A stretch of 64,000 bases of DNA, taken from the NCBI GenBank assembly GCA_964612055.1, contig CAZTBI010000003.1, positions 40,268-104,267 of the forward strand, read 5' to 3'. The notes beneath the pieces are model-generated. The model was not told the origin of the DNA. It ran no database searches and saw nothing but the letters and a program-made list of their open reading frames with translations. How positions within the stretch are numbered: the stretch's first letter is position 1; the number at the start of each line of letters is the position of its first letter. Below are positions 47,316 through 56,206 of the stretch, one piece after another. The translations under genes were made by a program, and so were the position numbers. Source of the stretch: an uncultured Bdellovibrionales bacterium. GTDB lineage: Bacteria > Patescibacteriota > Minisyncoccia > Moranbacterales > UBA1568.

Positions 47316-48743
47316 TTAGACGTTCAGCGTGAGATTGGTCTTCAAGACCTTCTTCACCGCGTCCACCAATTTTTCCTGGGTCACGGTTTCCTGTGTTCCA
47401 GAAACCATATCTTTCACGATGGCTGTCTCATCAAGCGCTTCTTTCTGTCCAACAATGATAGTCACTTCGACACCAAGACGATTCGCCACGCGGAGCTGTG
47501 ACTTCAAACTGCCACGGCCAAAGCTTTCTGCTATGAGAATACCATTTTTCTCGAGCGCTGAGAACAGACGCAGACTCTTTTTCTTGGCCATATCCCCAAG
47601 CTGCGCCAGAAAGACACGGGGCTTTGGTTCCTGATACGGCTTTACCTGAGTACGCTTCATTTCAAGAACGATACGATCGAGGCCGAGACCAAAACCGATC
47701 GCTGGCGTCGACTCGCCACCAAGCGTTTCGATCAGGCGGTTGTAGCGGCCACCACCACCAAGGGAATAGTTCTTACCATCCTTATCAGTGGAACGGATTT
47801 CAAACACCGTATTCGTATAGTAGTCGAGTCCGCGTACCAATCGAGTATTGATAGAGTATGGCAGTTCCAATTCATCGAGATATTCGAGGAGGCGCTTGAA
47901 GTGATCGCGTGATTCCTGATCGAGATAGTCAATCGACTGCGGAGCATGTGCTGTCAACTGCACACACTTATCCTCTTTACAATCGAGAATGCGCATTGGA
48001 TTCGAAATCAAACGCTCACGACAGTTCTGACAAAGCTTGCTCTTCTGCGCTTCGAGATAGCGCACCAGCGCCTTCTCGTAATCACGACGTGACTCTGGTG
48101 TTCCGATACTGTTCACCTGAAACTCAATATTCTTCAGTCCCAGCTGCTGCACCACACGATAGGCCAACTGGATGATCTGAGCATCGAGAATCGGATCATT
48201 TTCCCCGAACATATCAAAGTTCGCCTGCCAGTGTTCGCGATAACGCCCTTCCTGGGGACGATCATAACGAAACAGCGGTCCCATGGTAAAAAGCTTAATC
48301 GGCTTGGGCAAAATTCCCATACCATGCTCGATGTAGGCACGACACAAACCAGCCGTCATTTCTGGACGAAGGGCTACTCGATCACCACCACGAGTATTGA
48401 AGAGGTAAATTTCCTTATCAAGAATATCCGTCCCTTCTCCAATAGTACGGAGATAGAGGTGGGCATATTCCACCATCGGGAGATCAATGCGCTGGAATCC
48501 GTATTCCGAAGAAGCGGCTGAGAGCGCCTTGCGAACACGTTCCCAGTACGGCTGCTCGTCCGGCATGATATCGCGCATACCACGAAGCGTCTGAAGAAGC
48601 ATCTCTTCCTGACTCTTCACAGAAACCGATTTCTTGGCAGCGGCTTCTTTCGTCAACGCCGCGTCCTTCTTAGGTGCCACAACCTTCTTCGTCATCTCTT
48701 TCTTGACGGTCTTCTTGCTAGCCACTGTTTTCTTCTGAGACAT
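47316..48743 (-). CDS. hisS: histidine--tRNA ligase with a Lys-rich N-terminal extension
   Basis: [12 protein letters not shown] class II motif and HisRS core; 47 aa of K-rich sequence precede the canonical start (internal ATG at ~48602). Confidence 0.85.
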   Translation of the reverse strand: MSQKKTVASKKTVKKEMTKKVVAPKKDAALTKEAAAKKSVSVKSQEEMLLQTLRGMRDIMPDEQPYWERVRKALSAASSEYGFQRIDLPMVEYAHLYLRTIGEGTDILDKEIYLFNTRGGDRVALRPEMTAGLCRAYIEHGMGILPKPIKLFTMGPLFRYDRPQEGRYREHWQANFDMFGENDPILDAQIIQLAYRVVQQLGLKNIEFQVNSIGTPESRRDYEKALVRYLEAQKSKLCQNCRERLISNPMRILDCKEDKCVQLTAHAPQSIDYLDQESRDHFKRLLEYLDELELPYSINTRLVRGLDYYTNTVFEIRSTDKDGKNYSLGGGGRYNRLIETLGGESTPAIGFGLGLDRIVLEMKRTQVKPYQEPKPRVFLAQLGDMAKKKSLRLFSALEKNGILIAESFGRGSLKSQLRVANRLGVEVTIIVGQKEALDETAIVKDMVSGTQETVTQEKLVDAVKKVLKTNLTLNV

Positions 48744-48781
48744 ACCACTACAACGTTAAAGGTAAAGAGAGAAATATACTT

Positions 48782-49423
48782 TTAATAAAACGAGAAGCGC
48801 TCTACTGGCCAGGCACGAAGCAGTACCCGTCCAATGATGCGCTCTTTCCCAATCGGACCAATAGCTCGTGAGTCATAACTGAACATGCGATTATCACCCA
48901 TCATAAAATACTGATCTTCCGGGACTTCCATGCGCGGCATATCCTTGGTCAAAATCGCCGGGCTGAGGTAGGCGCTCTCATCGAGGATGAAACCATCCGG
49001 ATGCTCTGTATTATAGACAATGACCTTGCCTTGCCTGATCTCAACTGCTTCCCCTGGCAAGCCAATCACTCGCTTGATAAAAAACTCTTTCGGATTCTTG
49101 GGGAAACGAAAAACGAGGACGTCTTGTCTGGCGACATCCTTGAAAGGTGTCACTTGAAAAGAAGGTTTGTCCGACCATCCAATATTGGTCTGCTTGTACC
49201 CGAACTCACTCACTACCAAGTACTCGCCATCCTCAAAATTCGGCTCCATACTCGACCCCTGAACAAAGAACGGCTGGAACAAAAAAACCCGAACCGGTAT
49301 AATGATAACAACGGCGAGAATAAACACTCGTACCATTTCCAGCAAGAGTCCGCCGATACCCAAGTACTCTTCCTTTTTTTGGTCCGTACCCGTATCGCTA
49401 GTATTGCGAATATCCTCTCCCAT
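48782..49423 (-). CDS. lepB: signal peptidase I
   Basis: GSSMEPNFEDGEYLVV catalytic Ser box; N-terminal TM helix. Confidence 0.88.
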   Translation of the reverse strand: MGEDIRNTSDTGTDQKKEEYLGIGGLLLEMVRVFILAVVIIIPVRVFLFQPFFVQGSSMEPNFEDGEYLVVSEFGYKQTNIGWSDKPSFQVTPFKDVARQDVLVFRFPKNPKEFFIKRVIGLPGEAVEIRQGKVIVYNTEHPDGFILDESAYLSPAILTKDMPRMEVPEDQYFMMGDNRMFSYDSRAIGPIGKERIIGRVLLRAWPVERFSFY

Positions 49424-49538
49424 AGGGGTGAAAATGCGCCAAAAATAAAATAAACATTACTATTGTAACAGATTTTTCACGTTCAAGCAAGGGTCATCCT
49501 ATCCCATAAACAAAGCATTTCTAGACATTTTACGATCC

Positions 49539-51122
49539 ATGGACGATATACGAAAAACAAGCTCCTCTCGACCGCCACATTCATTCACTGTGGCTGATTC
49601 CGAACCCGCTTTTTTCTCTTCAGAATCTGAGAAACCAACATTTCTGAAGCAAAGGCGCTCTCGAACACTCATAGCAAAACTCTTCCTGGGAGCTGTCGGC
49701 GTACTCTTTTTCCTGACGCTCTGCCTCGTAGGATTCTTCCTCTCCAAAAGCATCTCCTTAGGAGAACGTATCCAATTTGAAAACACCTCTTCTCGTTCTT
49801 TCATGACACAACTCAAAGACCTCGGTCACGCTTTTTTGATCGAGAAGAACGGACTTCTTGAAGGAGAGGGCTCTGGCCGAATCAATATCCTCCTCCTTGG
49901 ACGAGCCGGAGAACACTATCCTGGGAAAAATCTGACCGATACCGTCATGATCATGAGTATCGATACCGAGACAAAACAAGTAGCACTCCTCTCGCTCCCC
50001 CGTGATCTCTACGTCCCTATCGGAAACACCGGTCTCTATACAAAATTAAACTCTCTCTACCAGTACGGCCTCTCAAGCAATGAAGGGACGACGCCTCTCA
50101 AAGAAACAATCAAACATATCACCGGAGAACCAATCCACTATTTTGTGACGCTCGACTTCGATGGCTTTGAAAAGATTGTCGATACCCTAGGTGGCATATC
50201 TGTCGATGTTGTTCGGGATTTCTATGATACCCGCTATCCAGGGAAAAACTACAGCTACGAAACCTTCGAGATCAAACGTGGCTGGCAGACGCTCGACGGT
50301 GCCACAGCGCTCAAATATGTCCGTGAGCGACACAATGACCCAGAAGGTGACTTTGGACGCGCCAAGCGCCAACAGCAAGTCATCCAGGCGATCAAGAGCA
50401 AAGCCTTTTCCTTAGGCACGCTCTTTAATGTCGTCACCATCAATCATCTCTTAGAGACACTCGGTGAAAGCGTCAAAACCGATATGTCACTCGAAGACAT
50501 GGCTCGTTTCCTGGAACTCTCTCGAACCCTTGATACTCAAAACGTCACCACCGTCGTCATCGACGCTTGGAAAAAAGAAAGTCTCCTTCGTGTCTCCCAT
50601 GTCCAGGTAGGGAGCGTGGCCGCTTTCATTCTCGTCCCTCGTGTTGGAAACTGGAGTGAGATACAAGACGTCAGTCGCGACATCTTCCACCGCGATGAAG
50701 AAAGGAGGCGTAAAGAAGCGATCAAAAATGAGGCCGCCTCACTGACTCTCTTCTCCACTCCAGCTGATATAGCCATTGCTACGAAAATAGCCACCTTTGC
50801 CAAAGAAGAATTGGGTTTTGCGACCGCTACCGCCCTTTCGATCCCCTCCATGGACAATCGCCCTGAAAAGAGTATCATTACTGAACGAGGGAATCTTACC
50901 AAGCCCTGGAGTTTAGATGAGCTCCTCAGGAAATTTTCCCTCACCAAAGCTCCTCTCCTACCGTTTGTATCTTCACGCGGCATGGAAAGCGACTTCCTCA
51001 TCGTTATTGGAGGGGATCTCGCCGAAGCCTTTTCACTCAAAGAAACCGCCGATCAAGCTGCTCTCGAAGAAGATCTCATGTTTTCCGAACCACTCCCCCC
51101 TCAACCGAAGAAAAAGAAATAA
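49539..51122 (+). CDS. LytR-CpsA-Psr (LCP) family cell-envelope phosphotransferase
   Basis: N-terminal TM helix then LLLGRAGEHYPGKNLTDTVMIMSIDT...LLSLPRDLYV; 527 aa. Confidence 0.85.
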   Translation: MDDIRKTSSSRPPHSFTVADSEPAFFSSESEKPTFLKQRRSRTLIAKLFLGAVGVLFFLTLCLVGFFLSKSISLGERIQFENTSSRSFMTQLKDLGHAFLIEKNGLLEGEGSGRINILLLGRAGEHYPGKNLTDTVMIMSIDTETKQVALLSLPRDLYVPIGNTGLYTKLNSLYQYGLSSNEGTTPLKETIKHITGEPIHYFVTLDFDGFEKIVDTLGGISVDVVRDFYDTRYPGKNYSYETFEIKRGWQTLDGATALKYVRERHNDPEGDFGRAKRQQQVIQAIKSKAFSLGTLFNVVTINHLLETLGESVKTDMSLEDMARFLELSRTLDTQNVTTVVIDAWKKESLLRVSHVQVGSVAAFILVPRVGNWSEIQDVSRDIFHRDEERRRKEAIKNEAASLTLFSTPADIAIATKIATFAKEELGFATATALSIPSMDNRPEKSIITERGNLTKPWSLDELLRKFSLTKAPLLPFVSSRGMESDFLIVIGGDLAEAFSLKETADQAALEEDLMFSEPLPPQPKKKK

Positions 51123-51124
51123 CT

Positions 51125-51667
51125 ATGAAGCTCGTTATTGGTCTCGGCAATCCTGGAAAGAATCATGCGACCACGCGTCACAATGCCGGTTTTCTGTGTC
51201 TTGATTTCCTCCAGAAGGAATGGGGCACCGACGCCTTTCACGAAAACAAGAAGATGTCTGCCGAGATAAGCGAGGGACAAGTCGGTAAGTACAAAGTGTT
51301 ACTCGTGAAACCGACAACCTTCATGAACGCCTCTGGCACTACCGTGAGTCAACTGGTGCACTTCTATAAGCTCACTCCCGAAGATATCATAGTGCTCCAT
51401 GATGATCTCGATATCGCTCCTGGCACCTACAAAGCCACCACATCCTCACGTGCTGCCGGACATAATGGCGTGAGCGATATCATCGAAAAACTTGGTACTC
51501 AAGACTTTTATCGTATTCGTCTCGGTATCGGCCGCCCGACAGAAGTAAAAGGCGCCTGTATGCCTTCCCATGATTTTGTCCTAGAGAATTTTTCTTCCGA
51601 AGAACTCTCGACACTTTCCACACTCTTCCCGCAGGTACAAGACGAACTCACCAAGCGCCTTTCGTAA
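51125..51667 (+). CDS. pth: peptidyl-tRNA hydrolase
   Basis: MKLVIGLGNPGKNHATTRHNAGF. Confidence 0.92.
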   Translation: MKLVIGLGNPGKNHATTRHNAGFLCLDFLQKEWGTDAFHENKKMSAEISEGQVGKYKVLLVKPTTFMNASGTTVSQLVHFYKLTPEDIIVLHDDLDIAPGTYKATTSSRAAGHNGVSDIIEKLGTQDFYRIRLGIGRPTEVKGACMPSHDFVLENFSSEELSTLSTLFPQVQDELTKRLS

Positions 51668-51683
51668 AAAGACGGCGCAATAG

Positions 51684-51714
51684 AAAAAGACCAGCTCTAC
51701 GCTGGTCTTTTTTG
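51684..51714 (+). terminator. rho-independent terminator after pth
   Basis: AGACCAGC-tctac-GCTGGTCT followed by TTTTTTGT. Confidence 0.85.
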
Positions 51715-51947
51715 TGGTCGTTTCTCATTTCTATCCTCAGCCGGTAAAAACGGCAGCGAACTGCCATTTTCACACATTTCAGAAAGAACCTGCTAGGAGG
51801 GATGCCTGTACTTTCCCTGAGGACAGAAATCAAAAACCACCCTTATAACGTAAGTCTCATCATAGCAAAAATCCGCCCTTCTGTCAATTCACCCAGTGAA
51901 ATCCTCGCGAAGCTAAGGTATCCGTTTATGCGGATAATTTCATAGGG

Positions 51948-51987
51948 TAAAAGAAAAAGAGCCCTGCTACTTGCGTAGACAGGGCTC
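51948..51987 (-). terminator. rho-independent terminator after the flotillin gene
   Basis: Minus strand GAGCCCTG-tctacgcaagtag-CAGGGCTC followed by TTTTTCTTTT. Confidence 0.75.
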
Positions 51988-52018
51988 GGGCTTCACACGG
52001 CGTTGCCGCTAAAGCGAG

Positions 52019-53860
52019 TTACTTCTTGTCAGATGCCCCAGCCGTCGCAAACGCTTCGCCGGTCAGTGCGGTCTTGGCCTCACCGATCGAATCAGGCGTC
52101 AACTTGTCGAAGTCGAAGCCGAACTTGGCAGCGAACTGCTTCAGCACGTCTCCGTACCCCATGCTCTTGGCCTTCTCGATGAGACCGAAGATGGTCTCGT
52201 TCGGCATCGCAGCGAACTGCTTCAGCACATTGCCGTTGCCAGCCTGGCCGTTGCCGCCCATATCGATGATGCGCACCTCGTCGATGTTGCCGAGACCTTG
52301 GCCGATGGCTTCTGCAACCGGTACCATGATCTCCTTGGCAACTGCGCCAACGGCCGTGAGGACCGGAGGCAGTGCCTCGAGGATCATGAGGATTCGGCCA
52401 GTATCGTCGAGCTTCGCCAGCGCCTGTGCCCGTGCATCGATGCCTTCGGCTTCGGCCATGAGCCTGGCCTTGGTGACATCGGCTTCGGCCATGCCTTGAG
52501 CACGCGTACCGGTTGCACGCGCTTCGAGGTTGGCCTGCTCGACAGCTGCTGCTGCGAGGCCCTTGGCACGCTCACCGGCGGCTTCGGCTTCGGCTTCGGC
52601 CTGAGTGGCCTGTGCCAACCGCGTACGACCATCCGCTTCTGCTTGCTGCTTGGCGAGCTGGCCAGCTGCTTCTTTCTCAGCCGTGACGCGGAGTGCTTCG
52701 CCGCGTGCAGTAGCGGCATTCTGTTCAGCGTTGGCTGCCGCAACCGCTGCTTCGCCCTTCTTGGTAGCTTCGATAACCGCACCTTCGCCGCGCTTGGTGG
52801 CTTCAGCAACTGCTGCATCACCCTTCTTGAGGGCTTCGATGACCGCTGCTTCGCCCTTCTTGTTGGCCTGGACGATCACGGTGGCATTCATCTCAGCTTC
52901 GGTCCGCTGCCTGATCACATCTTGCAATGCGATTTGGGCTTGAGCCTCAGCTTGCTCGGCGGCGACGCCAGCAACCTTGAGCTTCTGGCCTTCTTCAGTT
53001 GCAGCGATCTCGGCAACGATCGGCACACGAGCCTTCTGGGCCCCGACCTTGGCTGCGTTGTCGGCGATCTGCATGTCACGGGCGCGTTCGGCATCCGAGA
53101 TAGCAGTGGTCGCTTCAGCCTTGGCCACTTCGCCTGCACGACGAGCGGCAGCAGACTGGACATCGCCACGACGCAGCGCCTCGGCTTCACCGATGCGTGC
53201 TTCCGCGACGACTTCCGCTGTCCGCTGCTTGCCGAGTGCTTCGATGTAACCTTCGGTATCAGTGACTTCCTGGATGGTCAGCAGGTCGATGGTCAGACCA
53301 AGCTTGGCCAAACTGCCATTGCCGATCTCAAGGGCACTCGTCTCGAACTGCTGACGATCACCGATGAGCTCTTCGACGGTCAACGTGGCGATGATGCCGC
53401 GCAGCACGCCGTCGAGGTTCTGCTTGGCCGTGTTACTGATGAAGGATTCGTCCTTGCCGAGGAAACGCTCGATCGCCAGAGCGAGCGAAGCGTCATCGGA
53501 GAGGATCTTGGTATTGCCAATGGCCTTCACACGAACCTGGACCCTGTTCTTGCTGGGAGCGACGACGTTCAGCTCCAAAGGGATGGTGTTGAGCGAAAGT
53601 GTCTGCACATCCTCCATGATGGGGATGCGCAGGAAGCCGCCGCCTTTCACCACTCGGTAGCCACGTTCAATTGCCTTCCCCTCATCACTGACCGACTTCC
53701 TCCTGCGGCCGAAGACGACCGCGACGACGTTGGGCGCGACCTTGGTGTACAGCTTCGAAACGGTGCGTAGCGTAGCGAGAACCACGCCGACGAGAACCAG
53801 AACGATCGCTGGAATGGTAAGCGCCGAAAAGACGCTATTGATTGTTTCCCACATGGTCAA
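52019..53860 (-). CDS. flotillin-like SPFH/band-7 protein (FloT-type, long Ala/Glu-rich helical tail)
   Basis: 613 aa. N-terminal TM helix. SPFH domain: YRVVKGGGFLRIPIMEDVQTLSLNTIPLELNV. About 250 aa of EA-repeat coiled coil follow. GC-rich locus. Confidence 0.8.
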   Translation of the reverse strand: MTMWETINSVFSALTIPAIVLVLVGVVLATLRTVSKLYTKVAPNVVAVVFGRRRKSVSDEGKAIERGYRVVKGGGFLRIPIMEDVQTLSLNTIPLELNVVAPSKNRVQVRVKAIGNTKILSDDASLALAIERFLGKDESFISNTAKQNLDGVLRGIIATLTVEELIGDRQQFETSALEIGNGSLAKLGLTIDLLTIQEVTDTEGYIEALGKQRTAEVVAEARIGEAEALRRGDVQSAAARRAGEVAKAEATTAISDAERARDMQIADNAAKVGAQKARVPIVAEIAATEEGQKLKVAGVAAEQAEAQAQIALQDVIRQRTEAEMNATVIVQANKKGEAAVIEALKKGDAAVAEATKRGEGAVIEATKKGEAAVAAANAEQNAATARGEALRVTAEKEAAGQLAKQQAEADGRTRLAQATQAEAEAEAAGERAKGLAAAAVEQANLEARATGTRAQGMAEADVTKARLMAEAEGIDARAQALAKLDDTGRILMILEALPPVLTAVGAVAKEIMVPVAEAIGQGLGNIDEVRIIDMGGNGQAGNGNVLKQFAAMPNETIFGLIEKAKSMGYGDVLKQFAAKFGFDFDKLTPDSIGEAKTALTGEAFATAGASDKK

Positions 53861-53879
53861 CTACTCCTTCTTGGTTGGT

Positions 53880-54416
53880 TCAGTTGGATTGCTTGGCAAC
53901 GCGGACAAGGCTGCCCGCGGCCTCCACGATGTAGACCGTTTCGCCGTCGACGAAGGATCGGCCTTCCTCGGAAGATCGCGCGGAGAGGTAGATGGTGCTG
54001 CCATTCTTGTCGGTGGTCACGACTTGACCCATTTGGCCGACAGGGATGCGCGTAGCCACGGTGGCCCGGCTTCCGACCAGGTCCCCTGTGTTGGTGTTGG
54101 TGGACACCTGCTGCCGACTGATGGTTCGGTAGAACAACCAACCAAGCAGAGCAATCACCAGTCCCGTGGCGGCCCCGGCAATACACGAAATCACAAGGGA
54201 GGATCCTAAGTGAGTCGCAATGGCACCGACAGCACCAAACCCGAGACCGAACAGAAACAGGTTGCGGAGAGACAACAGGCTGGGCCCACTGTCTCCGTGT
54301 GAGAACCCATCGCTGAGTTCAACATCGCTGTCGTGACCAAGGAGGCTCGCACCGATGATGCCCAAAGTCGAGACCCCGAGCAGCATCACAAAGCCCATCA
54401 TCTGAGAGATTTCCAT
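53880..54416 (-). CDS. NfeD-like membrane protein (short form; TM helices plus C-terminal OB-fold)
   Basis: 178 aa with 3-4 TM helices and a beta-rich C-terminus; sits 19 nt upstream of the flotillin gene, which is the conserved NfeD-SPFH operon arrangement. Confidence 0.65.
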   Translation of the reverse strand: MEISQMMGFVMLLGVSTLGIIGASLLGHDSDVELSDGFSHGDSGPSLLSLRNLFLFGLGFGAVGAIATHLGSSLVISCIAGAATGLVIALLGWLFYRTISRQQVSTNTNTGDLVGSRATVATRIPVGQMGQVVTTDKNGSTIYLSARSSEEGRSFVDGETVYIVEAAGSLVRVAKQSN

Positions 54417-54426
54417 GGAGATTTCC

Positions 54427-54714
54427 TCAAAACTTGAGTTGACCTTGACCTTCGTCTTCAGGGCGAAAGAAACGCGCTTTATAGGCGCGCCACTTTTCCT
54501 TCTTACGTAGGTCCCCTAAAACTACCTTCATCCCACGTTCCGGCCACGCCTCATCTTCCCAAACATCTGCGTCTGGTCCGAGTGAAAACGTAATCGTTCC
54601 GGAGATACCTTGGGCTGTGGCGACAGCGTACGGATAGCGGACATTATGCACCGACTCAACCGTAGCAATCACCGCATCCCTCTTTGAGGATGCTTGTATC
54701 ACATCTGTATTCAC
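54427..54714 (-). CDS. hypothetical 95-aa protein, first gene of the NfeD-flotillin operon
   Basis: ORF ending 10 nt before nfeD on the same strand; GTG start; no family recognised. Confidence 0.4.
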   Translation of the reverse strand: MNTDVIQASSKRDAVIATVESVHNVRYPYAVATAQGISGTITFSLGPDADVWEDEAWPERGMKVVLGDLRKKEKWRAYKARFFRPEDEGQGQLKF

Positions 54715-54825
54715 TTTCTGGGGGATATACCCACCTACATTGTCAAAGGGCCAGCCCAGAGAGCACTTTCAAAAAGGCACTCGGGACGCTCAATAATAGC
54801 AGATAAATCTATTTTTGTCAAGAGT

Positions 54826-54855
54826 AAAAAGGCACAAAAAAAAGAGGCTCCGAAG
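54826..54855 (-). terminator. rho-independent (bidirectional) terminator after rplY
   Basis: GAGGCTC-cgaa-GAGCCTC flanked by an A8 run on one side and TTTT on the other. Confidence 0.8.
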
Positions 54856-54886
54856 AGCCTCTTTTGGTTCAAATGTAGAGGAGAAT

Positions 54887-55573
54887 CTACTTCTTCTCTT
54901 CCTTTTTGACTTCGGCTACAGCAGGAGTAGCGGGATCAACTTCTTTGACTACGCCTTCTACCTTGGTCACATCGCCTTCGACTTTCTCATCAAGAGCAGC
55001 CATTTCAGCCTCCGTACGAGGAGCCTCGACCAGTACGATCGTCGTCAGCTCATCAGTGAGGACCTTCACGCCCTTCGGAAGAACCAGGTCCTTCACCTGG
55101 ATATGGGTAGAGAAATCTTTCAGGATCGAGAGATCGATAGGAAGTGTATGAGGCAGATCCTTCGGCAGACAGCTGACCGTCACTTCTTCCAATGTCTTCA
55201 CCAAGATACCGCCCTGCTCACGAACAGCTGGGGATTCACCAACGAATTCGAGAGGAATACGGGCTTCCAATTCTTCATCCATGCTCACCTCAAAAAAATC
55301 AATATGGGAAACGCGATTCGTCATAGCATCATGAGCCATGTCCTGGACAATGACACTCGCTTTCTTGCCATCACCAATCTGGAGAGAGATGATGCTCGAT
55401 TCACCAGCCAAGGCAAAAACTTTGCTAAAGGCGAAAAAATCAACCCAAAACATCTTTGAAGCCCCTTTGTGTCCATACATCACGGCTGGGATCTTTCCTT
55501 CTTTGCGAGAGCGTTCGAGCACGGCGCTGGAAGCCTTTTCACGAAGCGTAGCGGTAAGCTGTAGTTCTGCCAT
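54887..55573 (-). CDS. rplY: 50S ribosomal protein L25 / general stress protein Ctc (long form)
   Basis: MAELQLTATLREKASSAVLERSRKEGKIPAVMYG. Confidence 0.85.
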   Translation of the reverse strand: MAELQLTATLREKASSAVLERSRKEGKIPAVMYGHKGASKMFWVDFFAFSKVFALAGESSIISLQIGDGKKASVIVQDMAHDAMTNRVSHIDFFEVSMDEELEARIPLEFVGESPAVREQGGILVKTLEEVTVSCLPKDLPHTLPIDLSILKDFSTHIQVKDLVLPKGVKVLTDELTTIVLVEAPRTEAEMAALDEKVEGDVTKVEGVVKEVDPATPAVAEVKKEEKK

Positions 55574-55612
55574 AAAAAAATACTAGCTGATTATACTTGA
55601 AATTCTATGAAA

Positions 55613-55933
55613 TTAGAGAAGTGCCTCTACACCACCGGTATAGTTCTTGAGAAATTGGTGGACTTCGATAACGTTATTCGAAGACACTGCTTCACCCTGA
55701 AACACCTTGCGCGCCTCGCTTTGTTCCAAGTCAGTCAGCGTCCCTAAGGTAACGACACCAAACTGTCCGAGCGAGACAAAAACAATCGCCGCCGCTCCAC
55801 AACTTTCGCAGGTCATGTGAAACGTCGTCCGCTTATCATCTTCGTCGATGATGAGCATCTTGACCGGCCGATACTTCTTGTTACAGACCGGGCAACGAAC
55901 CAACGATTGGATGTTTTCAAGTGGCAGTTTCAT
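55613..55933 (-). CDS. hypothetical zinc-ribbon protein (CPVC...CESC) cotranscribed with rplY
   Basis: 106 aa from the ATG (MKLPLEN); the track's upstream TTG extension is the 5' leader. Confidence 0.55.
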   Translation of the reverse strand: MKLPLENIQSLVRCPVCNKKYRPVKMLIIDEDDKRTTFHMTCESCGAAAIVFVSLGQFGVVTLGTLTDLEQSEARKVFQGEAVSSNNVIEVHQFLKNYTGGVEALL

Positions 55934-55984
55934 GTTTGTAGTGTACCAAAAAGAGCTCGATACAAGCAACTTTTGAGTAAAAGC

Positions 55985-56013
55985 AGTCTACCAGAAATAA
56001 TTCCCTTGGTCAA
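55985..56013 (-). promoter_or_regulatory. sigma70 promoter of the zinc-ribbon/rplY operon, with its -35 inside an inverted-repeat arm
   Basis: Minus strand GCGGGGTTGACC-17 nt-TAGACT. Confidence 0.6.
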
Positions 56014-56163
56014 CCCCGCACCTTTTGTGCTGATATGCTTTATCCGGCGCACGGGCGAATAGCCCGATCCTATTCGGATCAGCGCCGGCATTTCAAAAAA
56101 TCACAGGACATTTTACTGTGTCGGGCGTTTGAAAAAACGGCACAAAAGGTGCGGGGTCAAGCC
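56005..56163. repeat. 159-bp element bounded by an 18-19-bp perfect inverted repeat, with nested internal hairpins
   Basis: Arms ACCCCGCACCTTTTGTGC (~56011-56030) and GCACAAAAGGTGCGGGGT (~56140-56157). The interior holds CCGGCGC...GCGCCGG enclosing CGGGC-gaata-GCCCG and GATCC-tattc-GGATC. Confidence 0.6.
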
Positions 56164-56164
56164 A

Positions 56165-56187
56165 AAGAAAAAAGAGCTTTGAAGCTC
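56165..56187 (-). terminator. probable terminator after gyrB
   Basis: Minus strand GGAGCTT-ca-AAGCTC followed by TTTTTTCTTT. Confidence 0.5.
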
Positions 56188-56206
56188 CTTCTCTTTCTCC
56201 CTATCT

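Noticed and set aside
52026-53770. Very long plus-strand ORFs (157, 490, 112, 90, 98 aa) across the flotillin gene
   Set aside because: These are artefacts of high GC and GCN/GAG codon bias on the coding (minus) strand. Their translations are Ala/Arg/Ser low-complexity, and the minus-strand flotillin/SPFH call is unambiguous.
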